This document shows positions 35,836 through 48,600 of a DNA stretch of 64,000 nt, piece by piece; position 1 is the first letter of the stretch; each line of letters starts with the position of its first letter. The stretch is taken from NCBI GenBank assembly GCA_964187785.1, contig OZ076413.1:44766001-44830000 (forward strand), read 5' to 3'. Below the pieces are notes generated by a model, which was not told the origin of the DNA, searched no databases, and saw only the letters and a list, made by a program, of their open reading frames with translations. Both the position numbers and the translations under genes were made by a program. The stretch is from Amphiscolops sp. MND2022 (taxonomy: Eukaryota).

Positions 35836-35843
35836 GCGCGAAA
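35836..35843 (-). promoter_or_regulatory. Canonical E2F site TTTCGCGC upstream of cyclin E
   Basis: GCGCGAAA on the + strand, ~620 bp upstream of the ATG in AT-rich DNA; cyclin E is an established E2F target. The TSS is unknown. Confidence 0.5.
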
Positions 35844-38050
35844 CTTGTGCTAATAGTTTAAATATTTAGACGTACAGAATCGGACACAAAAAGACTTGAC
35901 GTGGTCGCTAAGTTGAAAGGCGCACAAAGAACTTCAAACACTCGGCGCAAGCAAAGAGTTCTAACTGAGGACTTGCAAAACAACAGAAGAATGCAAAACT
36001 TACAATAATCACAAGAGTTTGAAGGTGGTGTATGAAAACCAGTCTCAGGTGGTTGGTGAGACTTGCTAAGGCTTGTTAAGGTGAGTTGCTCAAGGTCACA
36101 AAGGTCTGACTACTCACCGTTTTTTTTAATTTGCTTTTTTGTCATGACCACACCAGACATCACCATGCCATGCTAGGGTGGTGGGCGCCCACTTTGGAGA
36201 TTTAAGGATTGGGTTGATACCACAGCCTGTGAAATGAACCGAGTTTTCCTAGTTTCACAGTTTCATCTGGTGCTCTAGTTCCAGACCGAGACTCTCCCCC
36301 ACCCGTAAAGAAAATCCTAAAACCGCCAATGCTGCTATGTGTACAAGAGTCGCCGAGGCACAGTGATATTTTTTGTATACAATTGGAAAATGCCTTTAGG
36401 AAAAATCGGACACATTTACATAAAACTCAACAATATGAAGGAAGAAGCAAAATAAAATAGAAGCAAATATCAGAAAAATCTTATTTCCGTGCATTAAAAA
36501 TTTCACAGTGCCAATAAAATTCGAAGGAGTGTTCCTTTGTGCTTGAAAAAGGCTTTTTAAAAAATTAAAGCGAGAACTCTTGAGAAAAAAAATCACAGTG
36601 CCGAAAAAACGGAAGAACCCTTGGAACAGAAAAGACCAATCCCAAACTGAAAATATCCAGGAAAAAACACAAAAGATGATCCTTTTGTAAAATTAAAATT
36701 TTAGGTCTCACAGTTTCATTCATGTAAAAATGTGACCCCCTCAAAAACCAACTCAAGACCCCCTGCTTGTAAACTTTTACATCTAACCTCTAGGCAGATA
36801 CTTGAAAGGTAGAAACTGTAGGAAAAATTCAAAAATGAAGACTTCGAATTCTTCACAAATCGAAAAGTGAAAAACTTTCGACGGGTCCTACATGCACCAA
36901 GAGTTTCCTGCGCGCCTAAACAACCTTGGTTTAATTTATGAAAGAATTTTAAATACAAACACCATTTCCGGCGCAAAATTACACGAAAAATTTCCAAAAG
37001 CATTTTTCACGTTGACACATTTGCATCATTTGCACAGCTTAACGGGAAAAATTTTCACGGATGAGATAATTCCAAATTCCTTAAAAAATCCTTATTTAAG
37101 AAAATTCAATTTTGAGAACTACTGAGAACGACGTATAAAGAGAAAGCAAGGCAACTTCTAAACTTCAGATAGTGAGAAGAAATCACTTTACTCAAAATTC
37201 TTTAAAAAATAAACTCTAAAATATATTGTCGAAAATAAATTGACAAGAAAACAATACAAAACAAGGAACACTAAACTAACCGTTATTAAAACAAAATTTG
37301 CTCCAAGAAAACAGCAGTGTAGATTTTTATAGTTTAACAAATTATTGGAATTCAAATTTTAAACATCGAAACAATAATAACTAAAAAGAACGAAAATCTT
37401 TCCAACCCTTTTAGCTGTAATCGATAATGTCGTTTTCATTCCAGAAATTTTCCAGGAAAAAATGATATTTAGTCGGCACTTTGAGACAAAGCACGACTCT
37501 TATACAGTGGCTAGTTTTTTCGTCAGTAGCTCTGATCTGCCCACATTTACAGAGAACAGATGGAGCGCAAATATTATTCATACGGAAAAGACCATTTGGC
37601 CTAGCCAGCACGCGATATTCAATCTGATGTTATATTCGAAGTTGCGGTGGGGAAAATATTGCGCTATATCCGAACTACATTGCACTTTACTAGGGAGGAG
37701 GCCGAGGTTCAAAAAAGCGCTCCCACGTGACCAGCATGCTATATCCGAACATTTGACCTTATTTGGAAGTAAATTGCGTTCTACCAAGGAGGATGTGGAG
37801 GTTCAAAATTTTGTGCTATATTCAATTTTGAGAAGCCATGTTTTTGAAACATTGGGTTTTCTGATGTTTCGAGTTAGGTGTGACTTCTGGGAAAAATCAT
37901 TTAATCAGAGGGTACCTTGAGTTTCAATTGTTTTCGGCTTGAAAGAAGCGTTTAGGCACGCTCCTTATTGTTCGAAAAAAATTAATTTTGATGTTTTCAG
38001 TTGGGAAAAAGACTGTTTTGAGTCTTACTTCACTCAAAACTCTTTAAAAA

Positions 38051-38660
38051 ACAAGCCGGGACCGGCCCAAGTCGGCGCCATATCCAAGGCTCAAAAATAG
38101 CAAAAAGACTTCCAAGTGTCAAGTATTCTCTTTTACAGTACTCGAAAATCGAAAATTTTACGAAAAAAATTTTTCGAAAAAATTACATACTCAAAAAAAT
38201 GGACCGAGTGGCGCGCCGAAATTGTCAACATTTTTGTCGCAGTTGAGGGGGTTTTGTCGCAAAACATCAAAAAATTGAAGAGGGGAAATTTTCATTTTCG
38301 GAAAAAAATCTCACAGTGCTTAAAAAAACTGAAAGGGGGGACCCTTTGGGATTTTCCAACATCCATTCTGTCGCAAAACAACAAAAAAAATTGAAGGAGG
38401 GACCCTTTGAGGAAAAAAATTCCCGGAAAAAAAGTCTCGCAGTGCCGAAAAAAATTGGAAGGGGGGACCCTTTGGTCTCGCCGGATATGGTATGTTACGC
38501 GGGAAAACAGGAAAAACCTTTTTGGTTCAGTTCGCTAGACCAAATAGTGCAATTTGGTGCAATAATATTTTGTAGAACTATTTTGGTCAGTTCGTGTGGA
38601 TTGAAAAAAAAAGAAAAGACACTATAATAGTCCCGTTTCACTTCATGAAGCGCCGACTAA
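38051..38660 (-). mobile_element. Complete HINE-like element
   Basis: Subterminal IR AGTCGGCGC/GCGCCGACT and terminal hairpin plus CTTGT. The empty-site paralog at 37186-37300 shows insertion in an A/T run without a TSD. Confidence 0.8.
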
Positions 38661-38977
38661 TAAACTCTAAAATATATTGTCGAAAATAAATTGACAAGAA
38701 AACAATACAAAACAAGGAACACTAAACTAACCGTTATTAAAACAAAATTTGCCATTCGGGTATTTTCTGGTGTTGTAAATTCGATTACTAATTTCACAAT
38801 GCTGTACATTCGCATACTCAAAACACTTTGCCTGTTTTTGAAATTTGAGCGGGGCGCAGACTTTCACTGTTCCCGGCTTAAATTTTAACGTTGTTTGGCA
38901 ATGTGTTCCATAGTGTGACTTTACGGCGGAAGCTATTTTTCATAATTTCGATGTCGAGTGGAAGGTCGAATACAATT

Positions 38978-39754
38978 ATTAGTCGGCGCTTCATGAAGTG
39001 AAACGCGACTATTATAGTGACTTTTTTTCTATCCACACGAACTGACCAAAATAGTTCTACAAAATATTATTGCACCAAATTGCACCATTTGGTCTATCGA
39101 ACTGAACCAAAAAGGGTTTTCCTGTTTTCCCGTGTAACATACCATACCGGGTGAGACCAAAGGGTCACCCTTTTCAATTTTTTCCGGCGCTGCGACTTTT
39201 TTTCGGAAAAATTTTTTGCCCCCCCCTTCAATTTTTTGCTGTTTTGCGACAGAATGGATGTTGAAAAATCCCAAAGGGTCCCCCCTTCCAATTTTTTTCG
39301 GCACTGCGGGACTTTTCCGGGAATTTTTTTTCCTCAAAGGGTCCCCCTGCATTTTTTTGATGTTTTGCGACAGAATGGATGTTGAAAAATCCCAAAGTGT
39401 CCCCCCTTTCAGTTTTTTTCGGCATTGTGAGACTTTTCCGGGAATTTTTTTCCTCAAAGGGTCCCCCTGCATTTTTTTGATGTTTTGCGACAGAATGGAT
39501 GTTGAAAAATCCCAAAGTGTCCCCCCTTTCAGTTTTTTCGGCATTGTGAGACTTTAGCGCGCCAGGGGCTCGCGCTAGCGGGCCCCGGCGCGCCACTCGG
39601 TCCATTTTTTTGAGTATGTAATTTTTTCGAAAATTTTTTTCCAAAAAAATTTCGATTTTCGAGTACTGTAAAAGATAATACTTGACACTTGGAAGTCTTT
39701 TTGCTATTTTGAGCCTTGGATATGGCGCCGACTTGGACCGGTCCCGGCTTGTTT
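38978..39754 (+). mobile_element. Complete HINE-like element with three internal ~120-bp tandem units; inverted relative to 38051-38660
   Basis: TTAGTCGGCGC start, GGCGCCGACTTGGACCGGTCCCGGCTTGTTT end; the unit GTTTTGCGACAGAATGGATGTTGAAAAATCCC occurs at 39241, 39362 and 39482. Confidence 0.8.
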
Positions 39755-39789
39755 CGTTTCCTTGGAGATTTTCGATAGCAGCTATTATG

Positions 39790-41862
39790 CCGTTTTCATC
39801 TGTAAAAAATTCTGTAAAATTCGATTCTCGAGTCTTTATCCGGAACGATAAAAGTAACTTAACAATACATCAAAAATGGATTACGGAAAAGACTAAGAAA
39901 CACTACAAACAAATACATCAAAGTATGAATCCTTCTGACGCAAAATATAAACTATTCCAGAGCAATTTTATTGAAAGTTTGAACTCTGATCGTAATAATT
40001 ATCAAACAAAAATTTTTGCTGATCTGTCCAATGATAGAGAAAAATGGAATTTTATAAATGAAGCCCGAAGTTCACTAAAAACCAAAACAATAATTTCATC
40101 TCTGAAAAATGTTTTTGGCGAAACTGTATTAGATCAAACGAAAATAGCAAATCTTCTCAACTATAGATTTTCCAAATTGGGTGACTATTTAGGTGGGATA
40201 AGAACATTCAATGAGGAACTTATTGATGGACCTATCAGGCATAAAACCAAATTCAAGTTTAATCCCATTACACTTTTTGAGTGTAAGCAAATAGTGAAGC
40301 AGTTAAATTCAAACAAACCGCTCGGACCATCAAATATTCCTGCTTGGGCGCTCAAAGATTGTCTCAATATTATAGCTGAACCTCTTACCTATTTAATAAA
40401 CGCATTCTTAGAAGAAGGAAGGTTTCCGAACCATCTTAAAAGAGCACATGTTGTACCAATATTCAAAAAAGGTGACACAGAAGAACCAAACAATTATACA
40501 CCAATCTCAATCACATCGGCACTTTCAAAAATTTTTGAAAAGGTAATTCGTAATCAAATGGTTGAATATCTTAATAAGCATAACCAATTAAGTCCTATTC
40601 AGTTTGGTTTTCGTGCAAAATTCTCTACAACTGATGCCCTTTTGTATGCCACTGAAAATATCAGATCGGATATTAACAACAATAAAATGGCAGCGGCTGC
40701 CTTCCTCGATCTATCAAAAGCTTTTGACTCAATTTCTCATGACATTCTTTTAAAAAAACTTGAAGGTTATCATTTTGATTGCACTGCCATTGCCCTAATC
40801 AAAAGCTATTTGACCAATCGAACTCAAAAAGTAGTTCTTCAAAATACATCATCAGATTGGATTAGCCTATATCAAGGTGTTCCACAGGGTACCGTTCTTG
40901 GACCTCTATTATTCAACCTTTACGTTAACAGTATGCAGAACATAATTGACGAAACATGTAAAATAGTCCAATATGCAGACGATATTTTTATTTTTGTTGC
41001 AGACAAATCTGTCAATACTGCTAAACAACATCTTGAAAATAATATTGCCAAATTAGTTGAATATTTCGAAAGTCATAGACTTAATCTCAATGAGGATAAA
41101 ACCGAATTCATTGTCTTTTGCAAAAATTCCCAGAACAAATTAACAAAAAATCTCAAATTACAAGTAAAAAATCACTGCACAAGTCTTAGTCCTTTTGTAA
41201 AGTATCTTGGAGTTTATTTAGACCAAAATCTAACTTACGAAAAGGAAGTAAAACATGTCTTGAAGAAAATGGCCTGTGGTATAAAAACAATCTATGCAGT
41301 GAAACAATTCTTGCCGGAAAAAACTTGTCTATTACTTCTGAATGCTCTAGTTCTTAGTCATCTTCATTATCCAGCAATTTTGCTCCAAGGCATTTCACAA
41401 AATCTCATAACGACACTTGAAAAACAATTGAGTTGGGGTGTAAAAGCCTGTTTTAATCGTCAGAAACATGACTCATCTAGTGATTTGAAAATTAAACACA
41501 ATATACTTCCAATACGACTTTTTCTTGACTATAAATCATGTTTTTACTTCTGGAAACATCAAAATAACCTACTACCAGCCTTCAGTGGTACTAATATAAT
41601 ACCAACAACTAGAATGAAGTATCACAGTCGAACTAAGAAACTTGTATGCAATACAAAAATCTCAAATGAATTCATGAGAAAAAGTTTCTTCATAAGGATT
41701 CTACCCCTGTGGAACAACCTACCATCTTGTCTGGTCAAAAAGAAATTTTCCTCTGAAACAATTAAAAGCAAATATAAAGCTTTATTCTCAAATAAAATAG
41801 CGAAAGAAATGGAACGGCCAGAACATAGAAAAAAATGCTGGAGAGATTACCGCTTTAGTTGA
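39790..41862 (+). mobile_element. 5'-truncated non-LTR retrotransposon ORF2 (CR1/L2-type reverse transcriptase, no APE domain)
   Basis: K..GP..IP, VPIFKKG….NNY.PIS, QFGFR, FLDLSKAFD, GVPQGTVLGPLLF, YADD, KYLGV, SFF.R…LWN.LP. The start of the listed ORF (39682) is read-through from the HINE. Confidence 0.92.
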
Positions 41863-41962
41863 TTTTATAATTGATGCAATAATAATTTTGTTTTTTAATA
41901 CTAATCACACTGCCTTTTTTTAAGGAAACAAAATGATGTCTCTTTTAATTAAGGAATTCAGT

Positions 41963-42681
41963 GTTTTTTTTTAGTTTTCAAAAAACATATTTGCACTTCA
42001 GAAAGTATCGACTAGGGATTATAGTTTGGTAGATCTGAGGAGTGATCAAACTCATTTCTGCTGGAGCAGGCCTTTACCACTCAACTGAATGGTTTTTGAA
42101 GAATTATGAGTAGGTTCTGCTATTCCAATCATTAGTACCGATGGATAATTAAAATGGTTGATTACTAAAGCATTCAGTAGCTAAAAACGAGTTTTTTTCC
42201 AGAAAAATGACACACTGAATGATTCAGCTCAACAAACCATTTATAAAACAAGACACCCGCTAAGCACTGGGATATTCTCCGCCTTCTTAGTTGACTATTT
42301 TTTAGTTACTTGACTAACTTAGTTTTTTTTAGTTTTCAAAAAACATATTTGCACTTCAGAAAGTATCGACTAGGGATTATAGTTTGGTAGATCTGAGGAG
42401 TGATCAAACTCATTTCTGCTGGAGCAGGCCTTTACCACTCAACTGAATGGTTTTTGAAGAATTATGAGTAGGTTCTGCTATTCCAATCATTAGTACCGAT
42501 GGATAATTAAAATGGTTGATTACTAAAGCATTCAGTAGCTAAAAACGAGTTTTTTTCCAGATGAAAAATGACACACTGAATGATTCAGCTCAACAAACCA
42601 TTTATAAAACAAGACACCCGCTAAGCACTGGGATATTCTCCGCCTTCTTAGTTGACTATTTTTTAGTTACTTGACTAACTT
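41963..42681 (+). repeat. Tandem duplication, two ~359-bp copies, in the LINE 3' region
   Basis: TTAGTTTTCAAAAAACATATTTGCAC…TTGACTAACTT at ~41963-42320 and ~42321-42681, near-identical. Confidence 0.9.
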
Positions 42682-43239
42682 AAAAGATTCTTCCTCTTTA
42701 AAACTTCTATTTTAGTTACTAAATGCGTCACTATGCGGAATTTACTAGAATGAGCATAGGTCACTATGCGGGAATGATATTCTGAGCAGACGTCACTATG
42801 CGGATTTCACTGGAGCGAGTATGCGTCAATTAACTATAGTCAACTAACAATAGTCAAGTAACTATAAAGATAGCCAAGTAGTGGAGGGAGATCTTGGAGA
42901 TTGGGAAAAAAACACAACACAGATTTTCCTCCATTATATGTGGGCGGAAAATAATAAGTTTTCAAACCTAATTTTGATAGATAAGAATTCGATCCTCCGA
43001 AATACTTCACGTGTTTGAAGGTAGGATGAACCGACCATTCACTTGAATTTCCATTTCCCTTCAAATGGAACGATTTCAAATGATTTGCGAACAAGCTTTG
43101 CCATAGAAACGGTTTTATGAGAGAGGGTCAGAGGCTCGGCAACAACATCAAAAGCGATGGGGGCGCTTTTAATTTAATTGCGCTGAAGGAATGTAGACAA
43201 CTTCCAATGACGGAAATAAAAAATGACGGAAGTAGTCCG

Positions 43240-44022
43240 ATCATCAATTTGTTCTCATGAGTTCTCAAAGCAGTGTCGGATATGATGGACTCAAAGGAGA
43301 GTGGTCGAGAAAGATATAATCAATGAAATTAAGTTACCCTGTACTCGCGTAGGAATTTCTGCATTGATAACAGTTGGACCGTATGGCACGATAAATTTCA
43401 AGACACAGCTTCCACTTTGAATTAAAATTATCGATATTGTAATAAACCATTAGAGTAATTCGTTCATTTTCAGTGACAGCGAAATCAATGCTTGTGGATA
43501 ATTCTTCGAGAACAGGATTGAAAAAGCCCAAGCTGATAAAGCATTTTTGGGCTTATAACTGATGAGTTTTGCAATTATTAGTCGTATCATTATCAGGGTG
43601 GCTGTAAATAGGTCGAAATTTTCTGGTCGAAAGGACTGAGGTCGAACCTTTTGATCGAATTACAGGGATCGAATGGAATGCGGTCGAATTTTATCGTATT
43701 TGTTGTATGGCTCGGTCGCTTCGCTCCCTTCGCCAACTAGCAACATTGAGGCATGGCCATATGGCACGTCGCTCCGCTTCGCTTCGCTCCTGCATTCAGG
43801 GCACTAGGGGTATGTGAACATATCTGACTACGTTATGAAAATTTCGATCCGAGTTGTTTCGATCCCATTCAAAAATTTGGTATTGTCGACCTGAGGACTA
43901 ACTCTGATTTTCGATCCCGTTCCTTCGACCTATTTCCGCCCACCCTCATTATCATTCGTTAATTACATTGTTGTTGTGAATTCCCAGCGCGGCTGGAGGA
44001 ATCTCTTCCTATAATTTCCAAA
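43240..44022 (-). pseudogene. Decayed LINE AP-endonuclease remnant (3' half)
   Basis: Degenerate ISY.P, ITLMVYYNID (cf. MGDYNID) and IDYIF motifs in the expected order. Confidence 0.5.
43596..43945. mobile_element. 350-bp MITE with 9-bp TSD (Mutator-like)
   Basis: TIRs GGGTGGCTGTAAATAGGTCGAA / TTCGACCTATTTCCGCCCACCC; TCATTATCA at 43587-43595 and 43946-43954. Confidence 0.8.
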
Positions 44023-45004
44023 AGTAGTAGTATATGTTCCAATGTGGCAGGTATAAAGTGAGGAGTTCATTTACCTTTTTTCGTGTTCCGCTTCAATATC
44101 CTTTAGAAATTTATCTCCTCAAATTAAATAACCTGTCAATTTTATCAGTCAGCTAGGGGTTCATTCACCCGAGAACTGTCTTATTTGAGTCAAATAACCT
44201 GTGAAGGTCATCCGACTATATGAACTAATTATCTCCTCAAACAAAAGAACCTGTCAATCTTATCAGACTACCCGTCGGCGAAAGTAATTATGTGTTAGTG
44301 GATTTCTATTCAACGAACATTAACTAGTTCAGTAAAGTAGACTACCCGTCAGCAAGAGTAATTATCTGTTAGTGGATTTCTATTCAAGGACTATTAACTA
44401 GTTCAGTAAAGTAGACTACCCGTCAGAAAAAGTAATTATCACTTCAAGGTTTCCTTTTCAACATTAATAAATTTACTAACTCAACCAGACATGCTGTCCT
44501 TTGGTTGTTCAACCAATTTTTCTCTACCCACTTTTTACCTATAACCTAACTTTCTTTTCAACCCAGCCCTTTTAAGGGCTACCCTGTGCGAGAGATTGAA
44601 GTTGAAATGTTATTGCTTTCAATTTTGTCAATTGCATTGGTTTACTATTTCGAATTTATTAATTTTTAGTGATTTTAGTAGAAAAAGAATAAGAAAAAAT
44701 GATTTTTTCAAAAGTCTATTAAACCATACATTTTCAGAATCCTCATGAAAAAAAACATTTCAGAAATCAATTGTAAATGTTGAAAAAATGTTTAGAGAAA
44801 AATTTTTAGTGATTTTAGTAGAAAAAGAATAAGAAAAAACGATTTTTCCAAAAGTCTATAAAATCATACATTTTCAGAATCCTCCTGAAAAATACATCTC
44901 AGAAATCAATTGTAAATGTTGAAAAAATGTTTAGAGAAAAATTTTTAGTGATTTTAGTAGAAAAAGAATAAGAAAAAATGATTTTTTCAAAAGTCTATAA
45001 AATC
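44023..45004 (+). repeat. Left TIR of element 2, containing ~74-bp (AGACTACCCGTC) and ~140-bp internal tandem units
   Basis: Reverse complement of 60477-61458 in perfect register; I found a single mismatch (44239/61242). Confidence 0.97.
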
Positions 45005-45623
45005 TTTCTTTTTAGACAATGTGTCAGATAATTCAATTATCCTTGAAAAGTAAAGACAATAACTCTGTCAAGTTTCTCAAAAAGCTTCTTATCTTGAATA
45101 ATTATCTAAAGATGCTAAAGAACATTGACCGTATTTGATTATATTAACATCATGTCAAGTAGATTTGTTATCTACTAAAGTTGTGGGACTGTCAATTTTC
45201 CCAGACAACCAGTAACCTAATGTAATTACTTATGAGAAAGAGGACAACAAAAGCCCTCAACTTTCGCAGTGATCCTTCATGGAATAATTATCTAGAGTAC
45301 TTATACTTACAAAGTATTAAAGAACATTGAGCGTATTCAAAGTAATGCTACGTAATCTAATCTTGTTATCTCTTTGAGTAAACGTATCCTATCAATTTTC
45401 CCAGACATCAATTCAACTAGAATAATAACCTATGAAAGAAGAGAACAATACTTTTCAGAAAACATTCTCAGGGCTTAAAAGGAGTATGAAAAAAAATTTC
45501 TTGCTCGAACATGATCTTACAAAATGAAAGCTAAATATTTTCTAGAACATGGTCACACAAAATGAATGAAATGAAAGTTGAAATATTTTCTAGAACATCA
45601 ACATACAAAATGGATTAGAAAAA

Positions 45624-48600
45624 TTAAATATCTAGGGGTTTTGTGTGAATCCCATCTTCTTGCACTTCTCGTTTAGGGTAAAAGTAAGACAGACCTCGTT
45701 TTTTCAGTTCGTACGTACAAATTTCCTTCTGATCGACAACTCTGAATCCTCTGTTCGTCGTGGTGACTTCATCTTGTTTTTGTAGAACTTTCCTCATCTT
45801 CAACATTGGATTGTCATCCTTCAATGTAGACTTGTTGACTCCTTTGCAGCTTATTTTCACAGTCTCTGATCGAGCATCAAAGCAACAGTATGTCTTTGAA
45901 CACAAGGCTACCATTTCAGTACATCGAAACTCTTCTTTGAAAAGACCAGGTGTTCTTTGATCAAATTTGTTGTGGAGACTGCAACAGTTTCTAGGGAAAA
46001 AATTGAATCGACCATCAGCTTTGAATTCCCTTTCACTACAATCGGCCCACCGACAGTTTTGCCACAAAGTCTTCATCTCAGGTTTGATGATTTCTTCGAT
46101 ATTCGTCTCGGATATTGCCATGTACAAACTATCAGTATCCATCTCAATCAGCTCGAACTTGGTATCATCACAAAAGAGTTTGAAAAAGTTGTAGTATAAT
46201 TGAAGCATAACAAGTTTAGCATATTGGAGTATAAAAAAACCAACAATGATGGGTTCTTTGTGTTCAATTTTCCTCTTTCCCAATTCCACTTCAAAGATTT
46301 CGCGAGGTAGGTGGTGGAAACGTTTGAACATTCGATTATTGACTAACTTATCCACCTCTGATCCCACAACAAACTGAGTGTTTGTATGTTTCGAGCGATC
46401 CATGATTTGATATCCATAGGAAGAATTCGCGATCAGTTTCATTGTCTCAGCTACAACAGAAGAATCCTTGTTTTGATCACCTCTTCTGCGTGCTTGCACT
46501 ACCGAAGAAACGAACCCTTCGAAGGTTTTCTTCGGTTTGTATTGAAGAAACCAATGAATTTTTTTCACAACCAATCCTTTTTCGAGATAAAAGTTCAAGA
46601 GTGGTGTTATAATTGGACCCCGCTCTAGTTTAAAACTCGATATCAACATGCGAGTGGGTTTTTTCAATAGGTTATTTATCTGCGCGAAGGATCGCATGTG
46701 TGTTCCTATATCTTCACGAGAAACATCACAGTTTTTGAAGATTGGCGGAAAATCAGCAAATTGATCTCGCAACTCCATGGGAACCTCAATAGTGCAGTCC
46801 AAAACTCCAAAGAGTTGTTCCTGTCGAATTCGTTGGAGAAGGCTAGCTTCGGATAATGGGGGAATGAAGGGGTGATTTTTTTTCATGAAATCTTTAGCTC
46901 CTTCTTCGTTTGATTTCACCATTCTCCACCACTGACATTCCCAAATCTCAACAATTTTTAATCCCTTACTTCTGAGGAATCTTCTGCGGAAAGCATCAGA
47001 TTGTCGACGTTTCACTCCCTTTTCGATATCTTCTAAAGGTAAACGACGTTTCTCCTGACAGTGGCAAAAATGATAGAAACATCCCATTGCTTCGAACACT
47101 GTGGAGCAATGTGAACAGTAACCATCCACAGAAAATCTTCCAAACTTCTATTGCTTTCCATTGAATTGGGTTTGTATGGAACATTCAGGATGTTTGAACT
47201 GTTGGAATTCGAGAATCAATTCCTCGAAATGACTCCGTCTCAACCTGTTTGGATGAAATCGATTATCCTCCTTCAATTCCCACTTCGTGTACGGGCCAGT
47301 GGGTAGTTCGTTTGTCATAGCAAACGGATACAATTGGCTAGCGTCAATTCCAACAATAGCTTTGCAGACATTGGACGAATTTTTGATTTTTGTATCCCCC
47401 ACTTTCGCATATCGAGTAAAAGTGATAGATGGACCTCCTGTTAACCATTTTCGAATATAATCATCATACTGTCGATCTGATTCGATGACTGGAAAGAAAT
47501 TGAAATTTGTCGAGGAATGGAGAATGCGATTTGCTAAATTTGGTAGAGTACAACCAAGCTTCAACATATCGATACCTCTATCATGATAAAATTTCATCAT
47601 CGTCAACATAGCTTCAAGGGTAGGTTTCACATCTTTAACATTGTACCATTCCAAGAAATCACGAAACGTCAGCATGCCTTCTTCAATCCAGATTGTTTCC
47701 AACGCTTCATAGTTCTCTTCTTTAGTCTTTGGTATTTCCTTCAAACCAAGCTTTCTCAAAGCATCAGGAACAGCAACACCTTGATTCAATATTTGAATGT
47801 AATGTTGATAGTCAGAATCAAGAACATTACAATTCTTCAATTTACTGAAAAACGCTTCAGCTGGGGGCAGACACGGTTGTTCCAATTTAACTACATCATC
47901 GAACCATTCATAGGGGAAAAATCCTTTCTCTTCCGATGCACCATAAGCTTTCAAAAATTTGTCGAGGGATGTCGCTCCTCCGAGAAAGTTTAAAATATCT
48001 AGAAACTGAATTCCCATGAAACTACAGCTAATATACTTGTTGCTAACTTTAATTACCGATGGAGAACATTCGTGTTCTAGTAGGAGATACTCCAACAGAT
48101 ACTGTTTGATTAGATTCAGATCATACTTCGAACTGTTAAATCCGAATACAGGTAGATAGTCACAGTACTTTTCCAACTCCAATAAAACTCGAGTGAGTGT
48201 TTCTTTTTCCTGAAATAAACCCATGAGAGTGGGATCATTCTGAATGTCTTCATCATCAATCTCTTCGTTGTTGTCTTCGTGAGCTTCATCTAGGAGATTA
48301 TCATTTGTAGGTTGTCGTTTTTTTCTTCTGGGAAGTTCTTCTATCAGTTGGTTAATGCGTTTTGCAATCTCATCGAGTTCGTTTTTGAACAATTCTCTGT
48401 ATTGCGTTGCACTCTTTTCCGATAACTTTCTAAGTTCATCGACAAACCGACTGACGAGTTCCCTGGGATCACTGCAGCAGATAAAAGTAGGTTGATCGCA
48501 AAGATTAGATGAAATAGCTACGCTTATTGGAACATGGCGAGCGATCCATGTTGTGTTCTCTTGATTGGAAGTGTTGTTTCCTAGTGGAACAGCGAGAGCT

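Noticed and set aside
39682..39790. Signal-peptide-like N-terminus on the RT ORF
   Set aside because: It is chance read-through from the HINE terminus, starting at a TTG.
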